This document shows positions 9,143 through 18,819 of a stretch of DNA of 32,000 nucleotides, piece after piece. The stretch spans positions 15,822-47,821 of the forward strand of contig JAWDOO010000004.1 in the NCBI GenBank assembly GCA_046533775.1. Direction: 5' to 3'. Every line of letters starts with the position of its first letter. Position 1 is the first letter of the stretch. The DNA is from Candidatus Nanopusillus sp. (GTDB lineage: Archaea; Nanobdellota; Nanobdellia; Nanobdellales; Nanobdellaceae). A program made the position numbers and the translations under genes. The notes beneath the pieces were generated by a model. That model did not search any database. It was not told the origin of the DNA and worked only from the letters and a program-made list of their open reading frames with translations.

Positions 9143-10221
9143 TAATTATATTTCTTAAATAATTCTATATAATTTTCGCATATTTTCTTTTTAATAATAT
9201 TTCCATCATAACAAATACCAAATCCTCCGCCAGGTTCTTTTTTCCATTCATTTACAATATCTCCAAATGTCCAAATAAATACTGGAATATTTGAATAAAT
9301 CTTTTTTATATATTTTATTACTTCTTCAATATATTTATATCTAGTTTTTTCTTCTTCATAATTTTTAGCATATAGACCTGTTTCTGTTATCCAAATATCA
9401 TTAACTCCAGATAATTTTTTATAGTGAAATATTACATTCTGAATATCTTTTGGATTATATGAATTTATTATCCTTAGTAATTTGCTTCCAAGATAATTTT
9501 TTCCATGCAAATTAAATCCAAAAATTCCATAATAATTTATATCTAATACATTATAATAATTTCTCAATTTTTTAATTTGATCTTCAGAAGATTTCAAGAA
9601 TTTATTAAGTATTATTCCTATATTTGTTGGATAGAGAGAATAAACGTCAAAATGTATTATCTTTTCTCCTTTTAATTCATCATAAATATATTCTTGTATT
9701 TCTTCTACATTTTTTAAAAATCTGTTTAGATAAAAGATTCCTTTTGGATTTATTTGGGTATTTATCAAATATGTATTTATTGGCTCATTTATAGGAGATA
9801 TATGTTTCACATAGCTAAATATTTCTTTTACATTTTCTATATGATTTATAAAATACTTGGGAAAATCTTTATCAAAAATACTTACCCAATTTCTTGGATA
9901 TGTAAAATGTAATAATACCAATAATATGTCAATCCCCTGATCTCTATATTGTTCTAATAAATATAAAATATTTCTTAATTTATTTTTATCTATTTTTCCA
10001 TCTGAATTTTCTACGTATGATGGTAAATAAGATAGTCTAATATTTTTTATATTATATTGTAATGTTGAGAGTTCTATTAATTTATCTAAATCTAATTTAT
10101 TATCTAAATCTATATTAACTTTTCTATTATCTAAAAAACTATATTTTTTATAGATTATATCATTCTCCAGATTTGATTCTCTAGCAACCTGAACTAAACT
10201 ATAGGATATACCTATAGTCAT
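9142..10221 (-). CDS. Clan GH-A (GH1/GH5-like) TIM-barrel glycoside hydrolase, short form
   Basis: It has an LLHFTYPRNW block, a candidate acid/base Glu in SPINEP, a candidate nucleophile Glu in IWITETG, and a C-terminal W..GD...EW...GFG block. At 359 aa it is shorter than a typical GH1. Its stop overlaps the topA start (TAATG). Confidence 0.6.
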   Translation of the reverse strand: MTIGISYSLVQVARESNLENDIIYKKYSFLDNRKVNIDLDNKLDLDKLIELSTLQYNIKNIRLSYLPSYVENSDGKIDKNKLRNILYLLEQYRDQGIDILLVLLHFTYPRNWVSIFDKDFPKYFINHIENVKEIFSYVKHISPINEPINTYLINTQINPKGIFYLNRFLKNVEEIQEYIYDELKGEKIIHFDVYSLYPTNIGIILNKFLKSSEDQIKKLRNYYNVLDINYYGIFGFNLHGKNYLGSKLLRIINSYNPKDIQNVIFHYKKLSGVNDIWITETGLYAKNYEEEKTRYKYIEEVIKYIKKIYSNIPVFIWTFGDIVNEWKKEPGGGFGICYDGNIIKKKICENYIELFKKYN

Positions 10222-10325
10222 TGATATATATTATTTTTACTACTTATATAGGATACGGAATATTTATTATAAATTTTATATTTCCAACTTTTATTCCTAT
10301 ATTTATCAATGTAGTCATTATATAA

Positions 10326-12053
10326 ATGAAAAAGCTATCTTACTATATAATATTATTCTTATCCTCTGTTATAGTTCCTGAAATACCTTTTCTTATATTA
10401 TTAATAAATACTCAATATATAAGTATCCAATATTTTTTAATATCTTCAATTCCAATCATTATAGCATTTATTTTATTATCATATTTATTTAGAGATTCAA
10501 TTACAAGAGATCCAAATCCAATGGGTATTTTTTACTATATATATAAATTATCTAAATATTTATTACCAATCTTTGGATTTTTTTATTATCTATCAATAAT
10601 ATCTTTTATTTCTTCGGAATTACTATTGATAAATGATTATTTCAAAATTATAAATCCATTTTTATTTTTAATACCATATATAGTAATATTTTCTTTTATA
10701 ATACTTAATTTATTTAACATGGATATTGAAAGCAAAATACAGGAAATCATTTCATATACATCTATTATACCTTCTATTATTTTAATTTTGCTTTTTATAT
10801 TTCCAATAAATATGAATATCCAATATAGTTCTATAAATCCTTTTTTATTTACAATAGAATATAATACAACAATATTTTCTGGTCTAGATATACTTACATA
10901 CTATTCTAATTATTCAAACAATAGAAAAACTGGAAACTCTACTTTTTATGGTACAATACTTCTATCAATACTTTCTATATTATTATATATAAGTCTGTTA
11001 AATATTAAAATAGAAAATATTGGCAATATAATTTTTTTAATATTTTTACCAATTAGTATATATTCTACATATATATGGTTTTATACTGCAAATAAAATAT
11101 TAGAAAATATATCGGAAAACAAATTATTACCATATTTCTTTAGAATAAAAAATAATAGAGATTCTCCAATTTTTAATATATTTCTATCCTCATCTATTAT
11201 TTTAATATTTCTGTTTTTAAATAATTTTAATTATTTATTATCTTTTTTCTCATCCCTTACAATTATTATATATATATTATATATAATATCTTATATAAAG
11301 ATTAAAGTAGAAGGAAAAAACTTACATAAATGGAGATTGATAAAGATATTTATTGCTGTTTTTTCAATGACAGCTTTATCTTATCTATTATTATATGACT
11401 TTCTAAGTAATATATATTCAATTATACTAACTTTTTCAATATCTATTATTATATTAATATTAACATTAAATATAACGTGGAAGAAAAATACAAAATTTAT
11501 AAGATTCTACTTTTCTAAATTATATTTTATCCCATATTTAATTAGAAAAGCAAGATATAAAGAAGATATAAAGATAGTTGAATATTATATAAAAGACGGA
11601 TATAAAATATTAGATTTTGGCCCTTTTCTTGGTGATATATCTATAAATATTGCAAAAAAATATAATGTAAAAGTTTATGCTCTAGATATATCTAAAAAAA
11701 TTGTAAGAAAATTACAGAAAAGAACAAAAGATATGAAAAATTTTTTTGTATATATTGCAAAAAAGGATGAAATTCCAAAAATCTTCTATAAGGACATTGA
11801 TTTAATAATTATATATGAAACATTAAAATTCATTATAGATAAGCATAAATTTGTAAAAAATATATATAGAACATTGAAAAATAATGGATATTTAATATCA
11901 ATAACTTATGCAAGCTTTCTAGAAAGAAAAGATATAGAAGATGAAATTAAAAAAATGAGAGAATTACTTGAATACCATAATATAAAGACTTTTTTAATAA
12001 AATCTCATAAAAGATTGTATACTAAATATATATTAATAGGTAAAAAAATTTAA
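10326..12053 (+). CDS. Fusion protein: polytopic (APC-permease-like) membrane domain + C-terminal class-I methyltransferase-like domain
   Basis: The first ~390 aa are almost entirely hydrophobic helices (about 10-12 TM). The last ~170 aa show the Rossmann MTase order: ILDFGPFLGD (degenerate motif I), VYALDIS (acidic post-I), DLIIIYETLKF, and LKNNGYLI. Confidence 0.6.
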   Translation: MKKLSYYIILFLSSVIVPEIPFLILLINTQYISIQYFLISSIPIIIAFILLSYLFRDSITRDPNPMGIFYYIYKLSKYLLPIFGFFYYLSIISFISSELLLINDYFKIINPFLFLIPYIVIFSFIILNLFNMDIESKIQEIISYTSIIPSIILILLFIFPINMNIQYSSINPFLFTIEYNTTIFSGLDILTYYSNYSNNRKTGNSTFYGTILLSILSILLYISLLNIKIENIGNIIFLIFLPISIYSTYIWFYTANKILENISENKLLPYFFRIKNNRDSPIFNIFLSSSIILIFLFLNNFNYLLSFFSSLTIIIYILYIISYIKIKVEGKNLHKWRLIKIFIAVFSMTALSYLLLYDFLSNIYSIILTFSISIIILILTLNITWKKNTKFIRFYFSKLYFIPYLIRKARYKEDIKIVEYYIKDGYKILDFGPFLGDISINIAKKYNVKVYALDISKKIVRKLQKRTKDMKNFFVYIAKKDEIPKIFYKDIDLIIIYETLKFIIDKHKFVKNIYRTLKNNGYLISITYASFLERKDIEDEIKKMRELLEYHNIKTFLIKSHKRLYTKYILIGKKI

Positions 12054-12057
12054 TATA

Positions 12058-13068
12058 ATGATAAATTATTTTGAATTAAAGAAATGGTATAATGATAATG
12101 CTGAAAAAATAAATAATTCAATAGTAAAAAATATATATAATATTGAAGATGGAATTGTTTTTGAATTATATAAACCTGGTTTAGAAAATAGATTTTTATA
12201 TATAATACCAGGAAAAATTATTTTTCTATATAATGTTAAAGAAAGAGAAGAAATAAATAATTTTACACTAAAATTAAGAAAAGATTTTAATGAAACAAAA
12301 ATAAATATTGAAATTGATAATAGCGATAAAATTATTATAATAAAAAATAATGAAAAAAAATTATATATAGAGCTTTTTCCAAATGGATTATTAATTGTAA
12401 CTGATTATAATGATATAATTTTATATGCAAACCAATATAAGAACTTTGGAGTAAGAAAGATATTTAGAAATGAAAAATATATAAAACCACCAGGTTCTGT
12501 AAATATTATAAATAATATAAATGAATTTTTTGAAAAAGTAAATAATACAAATAAAAAAGATGTTGTAAGATTTTTAGCAGTAGATCTATCTTTAGGAGGA
12601 AAGTATTCTGAATATATAATAAAAAAAGTAAATATTGAAAAAAATAAAAGTCCAAAAGAATTAAATAAAGAAGAAATAGAAAAAATATATAACATTTATA
12701 ATGAAATAGTAAACTTAAAGATACTAATAGATGAAAATGGAAATATTATTGAAGATATTAATAAATATTTCATAAATCTTTATTTAAATAGTAGAGAAAA
12801 TAAAAGAATAAGGAAATTAAATGAAGAAAAGGAAAAAATAAAAAGAATAATTGATGAACAGAAAAAATATTTAGAAGAAATTAATAATGAAATTAATAAA
12901 TTAGAGAAAATTGGTGAATTTTTAAACATATATTCATGGATATTTAAAGACTATAATGAAAATAGTATAATAAAAAATTTTAGAGAAATTAATATTAATA
13001 TAGATATTAAAAGGGATAATAAATATTTAATTATTAATATAGACGATAAATATTTAGAGAATAAATAA
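12058..13068 (+). CDS. NFACT-N domain protein (RqcH/Rqc2/FbpA-like), N-terminal half only
   Basis: The NFACT-N pattern is present (F.LKLRKDF, LYIELFPNGLLIVTD, RKIFRNEKYIKPPG), followed by an HhH-like segment (FLAVDLSLGGKYSEYI) and one coiled-coil helix. No NFACT-R/DUF814 part follows. Confidence 0.7.
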   Translation: MINYFELKKWYNDNAEKINNSIVKNIYNIEDGIVFELYKPGLENRFLYIIPGKIIFLYNVKEREEINNFTLKLRKDFNETKINIEIDNSDKIIIIKNNEKKLYIELFPNGLLIVTDYNDIILYANQYKNFGVRKIFRNEKYIKPPGSVNIINNINEFFEKVNNTNKKDVVRFLAVDLSLGGKYSEYIIKKVNIEKNKSPKELNKEEIEKIYNIYNEIVNLKILIDENGNIIEDINKYFINLYLNSRENKRIRKLNEEKEKIKRIIDEQKKYLEEINNEINKLEKIGEFLNIYSWIFKDYNENSIIKNFREININIDIKRDNKYLIINIDDKYLENK

Positions 13069-13161
13069 ATTCTTTTTTCTTTTATTTTTTATAAAATTTC
13101 ATCTTTTAAAATTTATATATTTACCCAATAAATATATAAATTTTTTCAGTAAAAATTATTA

Positions 13162-13317
13162 ATGGCAGAACAATATATGGCATATTGTGTCAGATGTAAG
13201 AAAAAGGTACCAGTACAGAATCCTCAAAAGATTACATTAAAGAATGGAAGAACAGCAATAAAGGGAACATGTCCATATTGTAAGGGAACAGTATATGTAT
13301 TCGTTAAGTCTGAATAG
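13162..13317 (+). CDS. Small zinc-ribbon protein (51 aa, DUF5679-like), absent from the ORF track
   Basis: My manual translation is MAEQYMAYCVRCKKKVPVQNPQKITLKNGRTAIKGTCPYCKGTVYVFVKSE. It has CxxC...CxxC spacing, is less A+T-biased than its surroundings, and has a TATA-like aatatataaa ~25 nt upstream of the ATG. Confidence 0.6.
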   Translation: MAEQYMAYCVRCKKKVPVQNPQKITLKNGRTAIKGTCPYCKGTVYVFVKSE

Positions 13318-13318
13318 G

Positions 13319-15076
13319 TTATTCATAATATATTCCTTTTTGTTTTTGTATAATATCTAATCTACTATTTTGTTTATTAATTCTTGGTCTTTTTGTTTCT
13401 TTATCAGTTCTCATTGTTATATCTAATTGTTTTAAAAATATATTTAATCCTTCCTTATTTTCATATATACCCAGGGCTTTTCCATATTTGCCAGGTTCTC
13501 CTATAAATACTAAAATCCTATCAGAAATCCAATTCAAAAATATTAAATCATGATCTACAACTAAACATGCTTTTCCCCTAATTTTTATTATATCTCTTAT
13601 AAATTTTGATAGAACTAATCTTTGTTCTATATCTAAATTTGCAAATGGCTCATCTATTAAATATAAATCTGCATCTTTTATCAATGTACCAAAGGTATAT
13701 ACTGTTTGCAATTCTCCTCCAGATAATGTATTAACCTCTCTATCTAATAGATCAGAAATATTTAACATTGATAAATATTCTTTATAATTTTCTTTATACT
13801 TTTCATTAAAACTCTTCAAAAATTGATCTACAGTTATATTATAATTAGAAAAATCATAAAATTGTGGTTTATATGATATTGTTAAATTTTTTGATATATT
13901 TCCTTCATATTTTATTTCTCCAGCTAAGGTTTTTACAAAAGTACTTTTTCCAATCCCATTTCTTCCTAATATTCCTATTATTTCATTTTCCCTTATATAT
14001 CCGGGATTTGCTTCAAGTCTAAAACCATCTAAATTTACTATAACATTTTCCCATTCAATAATCTTTTTTCCAAATTTTACATCAGTATAACTTTTTACAT
14101 CCAACCTTATCGGTTTATCCCTTATCTTTAAATTTTCTCTCTTTATAAATCCATCCAAATAATCATTTATACCTTCTTTTGCTCCAATAGGATATGAAAA
14201 AGCACCATATGCCTTTTGTACTCCATAAACAATATGTATTATATCAGAAATTGAATCTAAAAATAATAAATCATGATCTATTATTAATATTGTATCTTTT
14301 TCCTTTATTTCATTTAAATTATTTAATATTCTTAATCTTTCATATATATCTAAATAATTTGTAACTTCATCAATTAATAATAAATTATGTTCCTTATATA
14401 CTGAATATATATATAATACTTTCTGAAATTCTCCTCCCGATAGATCTCCAATTTTTCTATCTAAAATATTTTCTATTTCAAATTTTTTTGATATTTCATC
14501 TAAATTATTTATAACTTTTGATAAAAATTCTCTAACTGTTTTTTCCTTTAACATATTTTTTATTTGAGTAATATTTTGAGGCTTATATGAAATTATTACT
14601 TTATTACTATATAATTTTTCAAAATATGATTGAAGTTCCGAACCTCTAAACTCTCTTATAATTTCTTTATCATCATATTTTTTACTAAAATCACCAAAAT
14701 TTGGCTTTAATAAACCAGCTATTATATTTATTGCTGTACTTTTTCCCATTCCATTTCTTCCAATTATTCCAATAACTTTTCCTTCCTTAATTATTGGTAA
14801 TCTATACAATCTAAATGTGTTTGGACCATATTGAAATACTGGTTTTTCATCAGGTTCTTTTGTTAAATTTATAATTATTATTGCATTAAATGGACATTTC
14901 TTTACACATATTCCACATCCAATACATAAAGATTCATCAATAGTTGGTTTTTTATCCTGTAAAATATTAAATATTTTTAAATTATTTTTTTGAACAGGAC
15001 ATACTTTCATACATATGTAATCACATTTTTCAGGAGCCTTACATCTATCCCTATCAATTACAGCAATTCTTTTCAT
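13319..15076 (-). CDS. abce1: ABCE1 / RNase L inhibitor-type ribosome recycling ATPase
   Basis: Two N-terminal 4Fe-4S Cys clusters (CKAPEKCDYICMKVCP, CIGCGICVKKCP) precede two ABC cassettes (GRNGMGKST/LSGGEFQ/LLLIDE and GRNGIGKST/LSGGELQ/LYLIDEP). Confidence 0.95.
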   Translation of the reverse strand: MKRIAVIDRDRCKAPEKCDYICMKVCPVQKNNLKIFNILQDKKPTIDESLCIGCGICVKKCPFNAIIIINLTKEPDEKPVFQYGPNTFRLYRLPIIKEGKVIGIIGRNGMGKSTAINIIAGLLKPNFGDFSKKYDDKEIIREFRGSELQSYFEKLYSNKVIISYKPQNITQIKNMLKEKTVREFLSKVINNLDEISKKFEIENILDRKIGDLSGGEFQKVLYIYSVYKEHNLLLIDEVTNYLDIYERLRILNNLNEIKEKDTILIIDHDLLFLDSISDIIHIVYGVQKAYGAFSYPIGAKEGINDYLDGFIKRENLKIRDKPIRLDVKSYTDVKFGKKIIEWENVIVNLDGFRLEANPGYIRENEIIGILGRNGIGKSTFVKTLAGEIKYEGNISKNLTISYKPQFYDFSNYNITVDQFLKSFNEKYKENYKEYLSMLNISDLLDREVNTLSGGELQTVYTFGTLIKDADLYLIDEPFANLDIEQRLVLSKFIRDIIKIRGKACLVVDHDLIFLNWISDRILVFIGEPGKYGKALGIYENKEGLNIFLKQLDITMRTDKETKRPRINKQNSRLDIIQKQKGIYYE

Positions 15077-16875
15077 ACTAATTTAAATTCTATTTTACTT
15101 TTATTATTTATGGCTTCTAATATTTCTTTTCCTATTTCAGAATTTAGATCTAAAACAATTTTTCCCTTTTTATTTATCTTAAATTTTCCAATTAATTTCC
15201 CATTTATATATAATTCTACCTCCCTTTTCTTAAATAAATTATTAAACATTATTGTAAGATAATCTTTCGATATTTCATAATCAAAATTTATGATTTCATT
15301 TAATTTTTCAGCATTTTTTATTTCAATTCTTAAATTGTATTTATCCCTTATACTCATCAGATACCTTTTTTCATTTCTAATAAATTTTCTTTTAAGTTCT
15401 CTTGGAATATAAAATATTATTCTATCATCCATAACTTCTAAATAAATATTATTATATTTTCTTTTATATTCTATATTTAATAAATCTTCTAAAAATCTTT
15501 GAATTCCAGATTTTAGTCTATATTTTTTAATTGGAACAACCATTATCTCTTCTCCAAAAGTATATATTTCATATTCCAAATCATTTGTTAGAAAATCCCT
15601 TACTTCAACAACTGGCCTTGCCAGGTCTTCTTCCTTTAAACCATGTGGAATCTTAACAGTTAGATTTAAATAATATACCTTTTCTATTTGTCCTTTATTT
15701 ATATATATTATTGTATCAATTATTTGGGGAATCAAACCAAGCTCTGTCCTTGATAATAACCTATGAACAATATCTATTGGCCTTTCAGCATGAGCGACAC
15801 CAATCATTCCAATCCCTGCTAATCTTAAATCTATATATAATTTAAAGTCTCTAGTATCTCTCATCTCATCAAATATTACATAATCTGGTCTTGATAATAA
15901 TAATATATTATGTATTTCTTCATCTGTAGAATAATTTTTTGAATATTGAATAATATCTGGAGATAATATTAAATCTCTTGGAGATTCCACTGTTTTAACA
16001 ATCTTTTTCATACTTAAATAATATTCTGCTAGAGCCTGAGCAAATGTTGTTTTTCCAGAACCTGGTTTTCCAACAATTATAATTCCTTCCGATTTTTCTT
16101 TTAGCCTTTCAATTATTTTTTCATTCAAATTGTAATCTTCTATTCTTAATATTTTTGATGGTTTAACAATTGTTATTTCATAAGCATCAGATAATGGTGG
16201 TTTTACAATTACAATTCTAAAAATTCCTAATTGAATAATTAAACTACTTTTTCTTTCTTCTTCTATAAATGAATCCCTCCTATTTCTAGCAATATATATT
16301 ATTTTATCAATTAAATCTTCTATATCTTTATTTTCATATATTTTATCTAATTCTTCCAAATACCACTCACCAGGTTTTCCTCTTTTTCTTTTTACTTTTG
16401 TATTTTCAATAATATGAACGGATATTGTATCATCAGTAAATAGATCTAAAAAAGGTGGATTTTCTATTGAAACACCTTCCTTTTCAATTAATAAACAATC
16501 AACATTATATACTTTAGCAGTTTCATATAATATCCTATCAGATGTTAATAATGTAGATCCAGTATCTCTTGCAATTTTAATAATTAAATAATCTATATAT
16601 CCATGCTTTGCCAATTTTATTTGTTCTAATGTTGGTTTCTCACCCAATATTGTTATTTTATAATTATATTTTTCTGACAATTCTCTAATTTTTTGTAATT
16701 CTCTTAAACCAATTAATCCTTTTTCAAGACCTTTGTTTGCCTGTGCCTGCAATTCATCAATTACTGGTACAGGTATTATTACTTCATTAAAAGAAATACT
16801 ATTATTTAACAATGATTTTGATATATATTCATCAATTACTACAGATGTATCTAATGTTATTTTATTTAATTTCAT
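15073..16875 (-). CDS. PIN domain + PilT-like P-loop ATPase + KH-like domain protein (COG1855-type)
   Basis: The N-terminal PIN is ITLDTSVVIDEYI, Walker A is GKPGSGKTT, Walker B is VIFDEMRD, and a C-terminal nucleic-acid-binding-like tail follows. It overlaps ABCE1 by 4 nt and rpoL by 14 nt. Confidence 0.8.
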   Translation of the reverse strand: MKLNKITLDTSVVIDEYISKSLLNNSISFNEVIIPVPVIDELQAQANKGLEKGLIGLRELQKIRELSEKYNYKITILGEKPTLEQIKLAKHGYIDYLIIKIARDTGSTLLTSDRILYETAKVYNVDCLLIEKEGVSIENPPFLDLFTDDTISVHIIENTKVKRKRGKPGEWYLEELDKIYENKDIEDLIDKIIYIARNRRDSFIEEERKSSLIIQLGIFRIVIVKPPLSDAYEITIVKPSKILRIEDYNLNEKIIERLKEKSEGIIIVGKPGSGKTTFAQALAEYYLSMKKIVKTVESPRDLILSPDIIQYSKNYSTDEEIHNILLLSRPDYVIFDEMRDTRDFKLYIDLRLAGIGMIGVAHAERPIDIVHRLLSRTELGLIPQIIDTIIYINKGQIEKVYYLNLTVKIPHGLKEEDLARPVVEVRDFLTNDLEYEIYTFGEEIMVVPIKKYRLKSGIQRFLEDLLNIEYKRKYNNIYLEVMDDRIIFYIPRELKRKFIRNEKRYLMSIRDKYNLRIEIKNAEKLNEIINFDYEISKDYLTIMFNNLFKKREVELYINGKLIGKFKINKKGKIVLDLNSEIGKEILEAINNKSKIEFKLV

Positions 16876-17143
16876 TAATTATTTTATTATATTCCTTTTC
16901 AAAACTATTTAACCTATCTAAAGCCCTCTTTATTGCATCTATTAATACTTCTCTTGGTTTTTTCTTTCCATCAGTCTTTATATATAAATAAATATCTTTT
17001 ATTAATGGATGATTTTCCTTCCAAGCAGCGATTATTACATTTGGATCTTTATCCAACTCTTCTTTTAATAACATAGATATTGTTGCCTTATCATTTTCAA
17101 ATATTATTTCCATTTCTGTTTCACTTTCCTTATTTATTTTCAT
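16862..17143 (-). CDS. rpoL: RNA polymerase subunit Rpo11 (RpoL)
   Basis: At 93 aa it fits the Rpo11 pattern: EIIFENDKATISMLLKEEL (the ED-HTLGNLL position), V..AAWKENHPL, and IKTDGKKKPREVLIDAI. Confidence 0.7.
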   Translation of the reverse strand: MKINKESETEMEIIFENDKATISMLLKEELDKDPNVIIAAWKENHPLIKDIYLYIKTDGKKKPREVLIDAIKRALDRLNSFEKEYNKIINEIK

Positions 17144-17166
17144 TCCTATTATATTATATAAATATT

Positions 17167-18819
17167 TTATATAACTTTATCTCTTAACTTTCTTATTTCA
17201 AAATTAAATAAATTAACACTCAAAACTTCTCCATTTTTTATATTTCTCAAAAATAGAATACCTGGTTCTGGTTTATGACCCAATTCTCTTTGATATGGAG
17301 TTATATCTTGAAAAGTAGATGAATTAATTAGATCTATTCCTCTATATTCATCATAAGATGCTCTATGTATATGACCTGTATGAAAAAAATCTGGTACAAT
17401 TTCTATTACAGAAGAATCTTCATTTATATATGGAACATATGGATTTGATCCATGAGATGGGAATATCAACCTTAACATTAACATAAACTTCATTAATTCT
17501 CCAGGTTTTTCATATCCTCCCCTTTCTCTTAAAAAAGAAATATTTGATACCAACCAATCTAAAACATATCCATGATATAATAAACCAATAATTGAATTAT
17601 GTATTTTTACATATGATGGATTTGATAAATAATATATATTTTCCATTGAATAAGATTCCCTTAACAATGATCTTGGTAATTCTGGTTGTGGTTCTGCTAA
17701 TCTTGGAATATCATGATTTCCTGGTATAATAATTGTCTTTATACTTTCAGGTATTTTTAATATATAATCTTCAAAGTTTTTATATTGATCTTCATATGTT
17801 TTTAAAATTAATTCCTCCTTTTGTTCTGGATAAACACCAACCCCATCCGCAACATCTCCTATAATTATAATATAACCAATTTTTCTTGCAATTTCATCTA
17901 TTTTTTCATTTCCTGTTTTTCCATTTACAAATTGTAAAAACCTATCAAATAGTTCATAAAATGTATATTTATTTCCTATCTGCCAATCACCAGTAAATAA
18001 TATATATACATCATCTTCTCCATAGGTTTTTGGTCTCCTTATTGGAACATCTGGTAATATTACATTATTTACAAAAAACATCTTATTTTTATATGTACCA
18101 ACTAAACCAATAACAGAATCTAATGGTATATCTTTAACTATTTTAAAATCTATATTTTCGTTATCCTTGCTTATAAAAGCTTTTACAACATCATTTCCAT
18201 CTTCTATAACAAAAGTTATTCCTTTTTCAGTTATTTTTTTATCATATACCAATCCAACAATTGCAACTTCCTCATTTTCTGGTATTTTATTTAATGGATA
18301 TATACTCCTCATTTCAGAATGCTCCTTTAATATTTTTCTTATCTTATTTAATCTTTGTTTATAATATGATATCCAAGATATTATATCTGGCTTATTCTTT
18401 TGTATTTCAAATTTTTTAAGAATATTTATTTCTCTTGTTTCCTTCATTTCCTTTACCGATAATTCAATTTCTTCTCCAACATGTTTTTTTGTACTTTCTA
18501 TAAGAACAACATTATTACTTTCTTTTTCTATGCTTTGTTTGTTTTCTTTTATATTAAAAAAATCTTTTATACTTATTTTATTTTGTTTTTTATTTAAATT
18601 ATTTTCCTTCTTTTCAATATTTTCTTTATTATTATTAATATTTTTCCCAATTATTCTATTAATGAATTCTTCATCTATTATCTTTATATTATTTTTTATT
18701 GCTTCTTTAAATATAATATCTAAATCTTCCTCTTTTAAAGAATCTAAAAGATCAACTGCCTTTTTTTGAGGTATTATATTATTTTTCCATAATAAATTTA
18801 TGAAATCATCTTTTTTCAT
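17167..18819 (-). CDS. DNA polymerase D (Pol II) small subunit DP1
   Basis: Calcineurin-like phosphoesterase motifs occur in order (FTGDWQIG, IIGDVADG, IPGNHD, YHGY, FHTGHIH) after an OB-like region. The N-terminal helical domain and low-complexity linker are typical of DP1. Confidence 0.85.
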   Translation of the reverse strand: MKKDDFINLLWKNNIIPQKKAVDLLDSLKEEDLDIIFKEAIKNNIKIIDEEFINRIIGKNINNNKENIEKKENNLNKKQNKISIKDFFNIKENKQSIEKESNNVVLIESTKKHVGEEIELSVKEMKETREINILKKFEIQKNKPDIISWISYYKQRLNKIRKILKEHSEMRSIYPLNKIPENEEVAIVGLVYDKKITEKGITFVIEDGNDVVKAFISKDNENIDFKIVKDIPLDSVIGLVGTYKNKMFFVNNVILPDVPIRRPKTYGEDDVYILFTGDWQIGNKYTFYELFDRFLQFVNGKTGNEKIDEIARKIGYIIIIGDVADGVGVYPEQKEELILKTYEDQYKNFEDYILKIPESIKTIIIPGNHDIPRLAEPQPELPRSLLRESYSMENIYYLSNPSYVKIHNSIIGLLYHGYVLDWLVSNISFLRERGGYEKPGELMKFMLMLRLIFPSHGSNPYVPYINEDSSVIEIVPDFFHTGHIHRASYDEYRGIDLINSSTFQDITPYQRELGHKPEPGILFLRNIKNGEVLSVNLFNFEIRKLRDKVI

